Shown: positions 7,903-14,755 of the stretch, one piece after another
Numbering within the stretch: position 1 is the stretch's first letter
Layout of the letters: every line of letters begins with the position of its first letter
Assembly (NCBI GenBank): GCA_023301245.1
Contig: JALZUV010000098.1
Span: 1 to 37,824 of the forward strand
DNA length: 37,824 nucleotides
DNA from: Rickettsiales bacterium
GTDB lineage: Bacteria > Pseudomonadota > Alphaproteobacteria > Rickettsiales > JALZUV01
Reading direction: 5' to 3'
Translations under genes and position numbers: made by a program
Notes under the pieces: generated by a model
Databases searched by the model: none
Seen by the model: the letters and a program-made list of their open reading frames with translations, nothing else
Told to the model about the DNA's origin: nothing

Positions 7903-9312
7903 ATGCTACCCAAAAAAAGCTATTTACAGTTTAAACGCGCGGCGGACGGCACAGTCTTTGGCCGCTTCTCGCCCAGCCCTAAACTGCGCAAAATGGGATA
8001 TGGCCGCTTTAATATTTGCACTGGCGGGGATCCTTACAGCACAAAAGAATGGGCCGCGCGCGGCTTTAAATCCGCTCTACCCATCACAAAGCCTGGACAC
8101 TATGCCAGTATTGAGGATTGCCTTGATATTATGGACGAGGTTTTAAAAGTCATTGAGGCGCAGTCCCGCGCGGCCGAGCCCCTGGACGTCACAGCCGCCG
8201 CGCGAAAACCTAAACACCGCAGCGCCGCGCGCACGGCAAGCGCCCTCACAGTCAGATCACTATTTAATGACTATCTGCGTAGCCCTGAATTTTTAGACGA
8301 TTGCTCGAGCGCGACGCAAAGAGATTATCGCAACCGCTTGCACCATGTTGCTAACTATTTTGGCACGCGAGCGCCGGCTGATATCGACAGCCTTGACGTT
8401 TATGAAATGTATAAATCTATCTGCGCACACGGGAAACAACACGCCGCACATAGGCAAGTGGCCGTTATGCGCATCGCCTTTGGCTGGGGCCGCAAAAAGT
8501 CGCGCCGCTGGAAACCCTTTATACCTGATATCGACTTTAAGCTGGGACTACCAAAGCCCGCGCCGCGGATCCGCATCGCCACACCCGCCGAGCAAGCCGC
8601 CCTTATGCGCGCCGCAGATGATCCTTACTCAATTTATAAAGAGCTCGGCCGGAGCGGCCCCTTTCGCAAAGATAGCGGCAATGGCCGCAGCTATCCCGCG
8701 CAGCCAACTCACGCCATGCACTCGGTCGCAGATATGCTCACCCTTATGATATGGACCGCCATGCGCCCAACAGACGCGCTACTTGCCAATTGGGATTGGT
8801 GCTACACGCATAACCACACCCAAGACCCAGAGAGCCGGCGGCGCAGCGAAGGCCCAAGGCTTACATACAGCCCAAGTAAAACAGGCAAGAAACATAATAT
8901 CACCGTCGACATACCCATATTGCCGCCGCTGCAAAAACGCCTGGCAGAAATAAGAATGCGGCAGCTCGCAAATGATTGGCGAGGCCGCGGCCGTGTGCTG
9001 CTAACTGATACATATGGCAAGCCCTACGCCACAAGCAAAACAGGGAGCTCAACATTCTCGACTAATTTCTCAAAGGTGCGCAGCTTGGCCGCAGAGATAG
9101 AGCCGAGCGTCGCCACCTTGCACGCGCAGGATTACCGCGACACCGCCTTAACGCAGCTCGCGCGAGGCGGCGCAAGCCTCTTAGAGATACTTGCATTCAG
9201 CGCGCACTCTAGCCTAGACAGTCTTAAAAAGGTGATTGAACACTATATGCAAATCGACGGCGAATTTGCAGACCGTGCCGGCAAGAAACTTATGAAACAA
9301 ATGGGGTACTAA
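7903..9312 (+). CDS. int: tyrosine integrase
   Basis: 469 aa. Catalytic-type motifs are AMRPTDAL (Arg), HAQDYRDTA (H-x-x-R) and SAHSSLDSLKKVIEHY (His...Tyr). It is adjacent to the tRNA-derived att core. Confidence 0.85.
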   Translation: MLPKKSYLQFKRAADGTVFGRFSPSPKLRKMGYGRFNICTGGDPYSTKEWAARGFKSALPITKPGHYASIEDCLDIMDEVLKVIEAQSRAAEPLDVTAAARKPKHRSAARTASALTVRSLFNDYLRSPEFLDDCSSATQRDYRNRLHHVANYFGTRAPADIDSLDVYEMYKSICAHGKQHAAHRQVAVMRIAFGWGRKKSRRWKPFIPDIDFKLGLPKPAPRIRIATPAEQAALMRAADDPYSIYKELGRSGPFRKDSGNGRSYPAQPTHAMHSVADMLTLMIWTAMRPTDALLANWDWCYTHNHTQDPESRRRSEGPRLTYSPSKTGKKHNITVDIPILPPLQKRLAEIRMRQLANDWRGRGRVLLTDTYGKPYATSKTGSSTFSTNFSKVRSLAAEIEPSVATLHAQDYRDTALTQLARGGASLLEILAFSAHSSLDSLKKVIEHYMQIDGEFADRAGKKLMKQMGY

Positions 9313-9508
9313 ATATGAGCGGGAGCGCTCTTAAAGCCTAAATGAGCTACATGCTATTTGCCCTAGAAACAAAATAACGGCACAACCAGACAGCTAATCT
9401 AGTAACCTCTCCCTGTTTTATTTTAATACATAAAATTTCCGCAAACATCAATACCTTTGATTTAAGACTCGCGCGCCAACACTATCGGCGTCACTGCAGC
9501 ATCACAAA

Positions 9509-9541
9509 GCCTCGCCAATTGGCGGGGCTTTTACCGTTTTT
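9509..9541 (+). terminator. intrinsic terminator after int
   Basis: GCCTCGCC-aatt-GGCGGGGC (8 bp including one G.U pair), followed by TTTTACCGTTTTT. Confidence 0.6.
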
Positions 9542-9560
9542 GGCAGAACAAAATATGTAC

Positions 9561-9593
9561 TGTGCGACGAGTTTCGTCGCACACCGTCGCACA
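9561..9593. repeat. att arm-type repeats: TGTGCGACG-agttt-CGTCGCACA-c-CGTCGCACA
   Basis: Read directly. There is one inverted and two direct copies of the 9-mer, 46 nt from the tRNA-derived core. Confidence 0.7.
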
Positions 9594-9638
9594 AAGAATT
9601 TAGACCACTCATTAAGTCATTGTTTTTGCGGGGTTTTA

Positions 9639-9686
9639 TGGTGCCCGAACCTGGATTTGAACCAGGGACACACGGATTTTCAATCC
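9639..9686 (-). other. attP core: 3' 48 nt of a tRNA-Phe(GAA) gene (partial, not a functional tRNA)
   Basis: The minus strand reads GGATTGAAAATCCGTGTGTCCCTGGTTCAAATCCAGGTTCGGGCACCA. That gives an anticodon loop TTGAAAA (GAA), variable loop, T-arm CCTGG-TTCAAAT-CCAGG, acceptor 3' strand and ACCA. There is no D-arm or 5' acceptor strand beyond 9686. Confidence 0.8.
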
Positions 9687-9734
9687 TATATCATTCCAAT
9701 GTTTTCAATGGGTTAGAAAATATTAATGTCACTT

Positions 9735-9767
9735 GTCGCACATTGCAGTCAATTGCTGCGTCGCACA
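9735..9767. repeat. att arm-type repeats on the other side of the core (GTCGCACA at 9735-9742, CGTCGCACA at 9759-9767)
   Basis: Read directly. The motif is the same as at 9561-9593. Confidence 0.65.
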
Positions 9768-9825
9768 AAATGACGGCGGCGGACTCGTCCGACGCCGTCA
9801 ATGCTGACGTCTCTCGATCATAACG

Positions 9826-10197
9826 TCAGCGCCAAAACTGCCAAGCCGGATGCTTAGCAGGCGGGGCAGGGGCAGGGACAACAGGCGGCTCGGGCCGCAC
9901 GATAACCACATAAGGCGAGATTAGATCTTGCACTAAGTTATAATCACGGGCGCACTGCAAATAGGCCGCGTCAGTTTGAACCGCCGCAATCTCGCTACTG
10001 CGGATATCCGCTGTCCCATCGGCCGCCGTCAGGATCTCCGGCAAGCTCTCCACTTTCTCCGTCACCAGCCGCGGCGATAGGTAAACTTTTTCTTTCACTA
10101 TCTTGACTACAGGCGGCGGCGGGGCCGTTGACGCGCAAGCAGTTGCGGCGAGCGATATGATGGGCAGGCAGACGCATTTCAAAAACTGGACTTTCAT
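9826..10197 (-). CDS. o-spanin (outer-membrane lipoprotein spanin subunit), overlapped architecture
   Basis: 123 aa. Signal/lipobox-like SLAATAC followed by a Pro-rich mature part (STAPPPPVV...PEPPVVPAPAPPAK). It starts inside the i-spanin ORF in another frame. Confidence 0.65.
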   Translation of the reverse strand: MKVQFLKCVCLPIISLAATACASTAPPPPVVKIVKEKVYLSPRLVTEKVESLPEILTAADGTADIRSSEIAAVQTDAAYLQCARDYNLVQDLISPYVVIVRPEPPVVPAPAPPAKHPAWQFWR

Positions 10198-10528
10198 CGG
10201 CTTGTACTTCTTTCGTGACAGTGTTGGTACGGGTTACAATTTTAACAGCTTGCGGCTTTACCTCGGCTTCAAGATCTGTAATGCGCGTCTTTGCTTCTTT
10301 TAGGTTTTGCTTTTCAGCGGCGCGCCCAGCTTTTTCGCCCGCCAGCTCGCCCGTAAGGCGCAGCACTTCGGCGTTAGTCGCCGCCTGGACCTTAGCCTTG
10401 TGCATTTTGTAATAGGTAATACCGACGCCGCCAGCAAATGAGATACCGCTAGACGCAAACAGGAGGCCCAATACAGAGCCGCCCGCCATCTTTGTTAATG
10501 CTGGAACAATAAACTTGCCCCAAGCCAT
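9995..10528 (-). CDS. i-spanin (inner-membrane spanin subunit)
   Basis: The start is trimmed to the ATG at 10528 (MAWGKFIVP...), which overlaps the endolysin TGA by 1 nt. It has an N-terminal TM segment followed by a charged helical region (AEVLRLTGELAGEKAGRAAEKQNLKEAKTRITDLEAEV). Confidence 0.6.
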   Translation of the reverse strand: MAWGKFIVPALTKMAGGSVLGLLFASSGISFAGGVGITYYKMHKAKVQAATNAEVLRLTGELAGEKAGRAAEKQNLKEAKTRITDLEAEVKPQAVKIVTRTNTVTKEVQADESPVFEMRLPAHHIARRNCLRVNGPAAACSQDSERKSLPIAAAGDGESGELAGDPDGGRWDSGYPQ

Positions 10529-11316
10529 CAAGCGAGCCCCCGCAAACAATACTCACGCTCTGCGCTACGCCGCCTCACAAGACCGCGCACGACACGGCCG
10601 CCCGCTTTATTCCACCACGTCAACGCCTCGCACGCAGGCGCAATCTTGCCGGCGTTTAGACGCCTTACGGCCGTTGAGCGGCCTGCGCCTTTAATGCCAA
10701 CATTATATGCCAGCGAGGTAAAGGCCGCGTCACGATGCACAGGCAAACGCAGGCGCTTTGTGTCTGTTTTAAAATGCGCGTATAAGCCAGAACGATATTC
10801 CCGAATTTCAAGAACCAGGAGCGCCGCGCATTCTGCGTCTGTTTTATACTGATAAGGTGCCGCCGTGGCCGTATGACCATAGCAAATTGTCCAAACACCA
10901 ACGATATCTTGATAGCTTTCATTGCGTTTACCTTCCCAGCGCGCAATCAATTTAAACGCCGCAGCGTCAAATGCTTCGCGCTTATAGGTGTGATAATCAC
11001 TTTGCGAGATAGCGCGCCCAGGCGGCTCACTCTCAGCCAGAGCGGGCACAGAGACAAAGGCCAAAACAACCAGCACGGCCGCAATGATTGCGCGCCGGCG
11101 AAAGCGGTTTTCTTTTGGCTGCAATATCAGACGCCCGAGAAAACCAGCAATACAGACAATGAGCTGCAGACACGTCCACACGCGCGGATTTGTGTCTACT
11201 TTTAAGACGCCGTAAATGATATCCGGCGCGAGCGTCAATAAAGCCAAGGCATAAAATGCCCAAGCTGTGTAACTTCCAATCGTTATAAACCGCCAGTCTT
11301 TATCTAAAAAAGTCAT
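10528..11316 (-). CDS. GH24 (T4/lambda-type) lysozyme endolysin with a three-TM N-terminal domain
   Basis: The ATG at 11316 (MTFLDKDW) lies 2 nt after the upstream stop and has an AAGGA RBS. In IARWEGKRNESYQDIVGVWTICYGHT the spacing E-x8-D-x5-T matches the T4 lysozyme Glu11/Asp20/Thr26 triad. The first ~90 aa hold three hydrophobic segments. Confidence 0.8.
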   Translation of the reverse strand: MTFLDKDWRFITIGSYTAWAFYALALLTLAPDIIYGVLKVDTNPRVWTCLQLIVCIAGFLGRLILQPKENRFRRRAIIAAVLVVLAFVSVPALAESEPPGRAISQSDYHTYKREAFDAAAFKLIARWEGKRNESYQDIVGVWTICYGHTATAAPYQYKTDAECAALLVLEIREYRSGLYAHFKTDTKRLRLPVHRDAAFTSLAYNVGIKGAGRSTAVRRLNAGKIAPACEALTWWNKAGGRVVRGLVRRRSAEREYCLRGLA

Positions 11317-11318
11317 AC

Positions 11319-11573
11319 TCAGTCCTTCATTCCAAAACCAAAACCCTTTGCAACGGCCGCCAAACACGCGAGCGTTACAACACCAATCACAACATAAAAA
11401 ATACGGGCGGCCGCTGTTTCCTTTGTCCGCCGCAGCTCTCTTGCAAAAATAAGATCTGCGCGAAACTCATTGACGCTTTCAACGCACTCCGTATCAACAC
11501 CGAGCAATTTAAAAGTCTCTCTAATCGTTTTCTGCGCAGCTTCTTCCGCGACGGCTTTTATTTTGGGATCCAT
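11319..11573 (-). CDS. small membrane protein, holin/antiholin candidate
   Basis: 84 aa with a single C-terminal TM (IFYVVIGVVTLACLAAVAKGFGF). It lies immediately upstream of the endolysin. The call rests on position only. Confidence 0.4.
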   Translation of the reverse strand: MDPKIKAVAEEAAQKTIRETFKLLGVDTECVESVNEFRADLIFARELRRTKETAAARIFYVVIGVVTLACLAAVAKGFGFGMKD

Positions 11574-11621
11574 TTTACCAGCCTTATGAGTTGTGAGTTA
11601 TGCTCAAAGCTAATTGAGCGC

Positions 11622-11918
11622 TTAAGCCTCAAAAGACTTGTGAAACTTAGACGTTTTGCCCGGGGCAACATTGAAGGTCACATGCAAGCGCTCGTCTTGG
11701 CCTTTATGCTCAGGCAAGGACTCCATTGCACGATCAATCATTAGGTCTAAAAATCCGGTTTCAGGGTTATGCACACATGTTACTACGCACGTTTTATCAG
11801 CTTGGCGTAATTCATCTTGAAGCGCGGCTTTCGCGGCGTCAGCATATTGCATATCTGTGAAGTTTATATTGTTAAAATGCGCTTTAGACGCCTTTAATGC
11901 TCTTTTGTAAAATTCCAT
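11622..11918 (-). CDS. hypothetical protein (AT-rich insert between fibre and lysis genes)
   Basis: 98-aa ORF with its own spacers on both sides. No motif recognised. Confidence 0.45.
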   Translation of the reverse strand: MEFYKRALKASKAHFNNINFTDMQYADAAKAALQDELRQADKTCVVTCVHNPETGFLDLMIDRAMESLPEHKGQDERLHVTFNVAPGKTSKFHKSFEA

Positions 11919-11954
11919 TTTTGTTTCCTTTTGGCTGGTTTTAAAAATTAATAA

Positions 11955-14210
11955 TTAGCGGCGTAGTCCGTCACGCATATAAGTACCGTTGAACTTAATG
12001 TTGAAAATCGGGCGTTGCCCCTCATTGTCATAATCGAGCGCAACGAATGTATTGTGCCCAATAGCTGACGCAGGAATAGCATCAGTGAAAAACGCGGTGT
12101 CACCGACACCCGGCGCGCTGCCCGGGGAAATAACGCGGCGGCCCGCCGTTGACAAATCAACAGTAGCAAAAGCGTTATTGGTACTTGTGCGCAAGAAATA
12201 GCCCGCATTAGCCGTTGGGCCAGTGTAAGGACGCATGACATTAACCTCGATAGAGTCAATTAACTGAGGGCCGCCCAGAGGATGCAATCCATTCGTGACA
12301 GTTATAGGCACAAGAGGATAACGCATAGAAGACAAAGCCTCACCGCGGCGGCCATCATGTATCTCACCAAGAAAACCAGTTTGATTAAATAAATTCGACG
12401 TCAAATTTAAAGGGCCAGTTTGGTCAATAACTTCCATTCTGCCAATATCTATGCGCTCATGCTGCGGCACAGAAAGCAAATCACCGCTTGTAAAACCGCT
12501 AATAGAATTTGGCGTGATTTGCGTCACATCTATATACACATCAGGACCGCCGACCACGTCTTGATAAAAACGATTTACATAATAAGCAGGATAATCATTG
12601 TGCCAGAGTATGCCGCCCAATGTCATATGACGCACAAATGGCAGGCCTACCGTGCGAAGATCAGCAAGCGAGCATCTCAACCTACCACTAGGCTCAATCG
12701 TAAAGGCTTGAGTACGCGCAAGCCCCTCAAATAACGAAGCTGTATTAAATTCTTTGCCAAGGGTGACGTCGCGAATATCTAAATAAGGCGCGCCAGAAGT
12801 TGTTGCAAAATAAACAGTCGAAAGATGTGGGCGGCGGATATAAGCGCCGTCAATAGTGTATCTATCTAAAGCGCCAAGAATACGCATTGAGCCAATATCA
12901 GCGCCGCCCGTAAGCAGCACTTGCTTACAGCCAGACCCTTGCAGCGCAGCGCCAATAAAGCCGCCATCGACCTTCATTTCATCTAAGCCCTTATCAAACT
13001 CTACATCCTCCTGGATCTCGCAATCTTTGAGCGTCGTATTTTCACTAGAGAAACAATAAACGGACGACGGCGTTTTGACGTCCTGTAAATAAACAGTACG
13101 CGCCCCCCCCGTTGTAAGCCGCCCGTTGCGTGCCTTAGTCGCAAACCCGTCCGTCCACATCGGATTAGGCAAATACTCCAACCCGAGAATTTCAAGACGT
13201 TCTGTTTCGATAAATCTATCAACGCCGCGATCCAAAGACAGCACTTGCGGCGGCCCATTAGCTTCTGGTTTACCAGAAGGCGCGGGGCCGCGCGTACCTA
13301 TCTGCGGCCATTGCGGATCATATTTATACTGCAAGTTTTGTGTAAGCTTTAATTCCAAGCCGTTGATAGCCGCAATAGTTGCATATTCAAAATATCGCAT
13401 AATTTGCGGAGAACCGTTAAGCTGCATACACCAGCCAAAGACTGTGATACGGCCCCCAACTTTAAAATCGGCCATATCTGCAATATCTTGCATACCGATT
13501 GTATCGCCATCGGTGAACGCCAACAATCCGCCGCTATCTAGCCCGATTGGCAAACTACCCGTCGTTGTAGGGTCTTGATCTTGATAATGCCCCTCGAACA
13601 TCATACCAATGTTATTAACAACAGTTGTATCAGCGCCGTGCAAAGACGCTCTTAGGTTTATCCATTTTGCACCATATCCATTTAGCGAAACCAAGTTTCT
13701 AATATTACGAAACGTCCAAGGCCGATCAGAGCCGTAAATCGTCATAGGCTTAAAATTGACTTTGAGCGTTTCATTTCTACGGCCGTAATCACCCATAGCG
13801 CTAAGTGCGTCACTATCGTCATGCACAACAGCAACGGCCGCCGCGCGGCTGGCGGCGTCACCACCTAGCGCAGCCAGTTTGATTGCAGCAGAGCGCGCAC
13901 CTAGAGGATCAGGCGTGCCAACTACGCCAAATTGCTCAGGGCAGACCGTGCCATCGGCCGCCGCAACTATTAAGTATTTTAAATTACCAGCAGTTTCTAC
14001 ATCAAAGAAATTAGCATTATCAGCGACCCGTATATAATCAAATCCGCCCGCCTCAACATTACCTAAATCGGTTTGCGTTGACGCCAAAAACGCCGCTACG
14101 CTAATGAAGGCAGCGCCGACAATGCAATCTTTTAATTGCGCAACAGTTAGTTGGGCCGGAATGCTACCGCGGTAAATATCAAGTGTGTCTGTATCTTTTA
14201 TGCAGGACAT
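11955..14210 (-). CDS. tail fibre / tailspike distal (receptor-binding) subunit
   Basis: The start is trimmed to the ATG at 14210 (MSCIKDTD), with GGAGG 8 nt upstream, 2 nt after the upstream stop. This 751-aa protein directly follows the gp17-N-like adaptor gene and is the last structural gene. Confidence 0.55.
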   Translation of the reverse strand: MSCIKDTDTLDIYRGSIPAQLTVAQLKDCIVGAAFISVAAFLASTQTDLGNVEAGGFDYIRVADNANFFDVETAGNLKYLIVAAADGTVCPEQFGVVGTPDPLGARSAAIKLAALGGDAASRAAAVAVVHDDSDALSAMGDYGRRNETLKVNFKPMTIYGSDRPWTFRNIRNLVSLNGYGAKWINLRASLHGADTTVVNNIGMMFEGHYQDQDPTTTGSLPIGLDSGGLLAFTDGDTIGMQDIADMADFKVGGRITVFGWCMQLNGSPQIMRYFEYATIAAINGLELKLTQNLQYKYDPQWPQIGTRGPAPSGKPEANGPPQVLSLDRGVDRFIETERLEILGLEYLPNPMWTDGFATKARNGRLTTGGARTVYLQDVKTPSSVYCFSSENTTLKDCEIQEDVEFDKGLDEMKVDGGFIGAALQGSGCKQVLLTGGADIGSMRILGALDRYTIDGAYIRRPHLSTVYFATTSGAPYLDIRDVTLGKEFNTASLFEGLARTQAFTIEPSGRLRCSLADLRTVGLPFVRHMTLGGILWHNDYPAYYVNRFYQDVVGGPDVYIDVTQITPNSISGFTSGDLLSVPQHERIDIGRMEVIDQTGPLNLTSNLFNQTGFLGEIHDGRRGEALSSMRYPLVPITVTNGLHPLGGPQLIDSIEVNVMRPYTGPTANAGYFLRTSTNNAFATVDLSTAGRRVISPGSAPGVGDTAFFTDAIPASAIGHNTFVALDYDNEGQRPIFNIKFNGTYMRDGLRR

Positions 14211-14212
14211 AT

Positions 14213-14746
14213 CTATGCCTCCTCTAAATCGCAAATGTTTGGGGTTGAGTTTGAACTTGGCGTAAATGCGAGCAAGCCGTCAGATATTAACTGATCGACC
14301 TCACAGATATTGAGAATTAAGCGGCGATCTTCTACGCCGCGCCCAGCATTTAAAGCCTTAACAGCCAAGGTTAAGTCGGCAACATCATCGCAAAGCCGCG
14401 TTATTTTGAGATTAGCAACCTCATCAGCGCAAGCCAAATCTTGCAAGATATGTGTAATGCGGTCAAAATTAGCCTCTATGGCCGCCGCTGGAAATTTAGA
14501 TAAATCATTATAGCTTGTCGGCTGGAATATATCGGTTTTTCTAAACACCCTTACAGGCACACCCTGCAGCGGCGCAGATGACAATGTGACAGTCGATTTA
14601 TCATCCGCAAGATCGAACGGCACCGCAACGCCATTAACCTCAACGCACAGATCGTCCAGAATTGTAAAATTGAGATCACCAAAGACACGCTGCGCGCCGT
14701 CAGAGATATACGTTACGGAAGGTTTCACATTTGACGCAACAGTCAT
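14213..14746 (-). CDS. tail fibre proximal subunit resembling the T7 gp17 N-terminal (tail-attachment) domain
   Basis: 177 aa. VTYISDGAQRVFGDLNFTI...VEVNGV...STVTLSSAP..GVPVRVFRKTD...AAAIEANFDRITHILQDL parallels T7 gp17 residues ~8-120 (LTYQLDGSNRDFNIPFEYL...ISLTKAW...IELRRVT...AYDLNVAQIQTMHVAEE). Confidence 0.55.
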   Translation of the reverse strand: MTVASNVKPSVTYISDGAQRVFGDLNFTILDDLCVEVNGVAVPFDLADDKSTVTLSSAPLQGVPVRVFRKTDIFQPTSYNDLSKFPAAAIEANFDRITHILQDLACADEVANLKITRLCDDVADLTLAVKALNAGRGVEDRRLILNICEVDQLISDGLLAFTPSSNSTPNICDLEEA

Positions 14747-14755
14747 AATCAGCTC

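Noticed and set aside
9639-9715. A complete tRNA-Phe gene on the minus strand
   Set aside because: Only the anticodon loop through to CCA is present. The anticodon stem already breaks on its 5' side (TAGGA versus the expected ACGGA). The next 30 nt show no D-arm or 5' acceptor strand. It was scored as the att core instead.
9519-9823. Track ORFs 9519-9716 and 9620-9823 (65 and 67 aa)
   Set aside because: They read straight through the tRNA fragment and the arm repeats, use TTG starts and have no RBS. This is an attP non-coding region.
11955-14746. Diversity-generating retroelement targeting the fibre genes, as in some temperate podoviruses
   Set aside because: There is no reverse-transcriptase-like ORF anywhere in the window, and I saw no template/variable repeat pair near the fibre 3' end.
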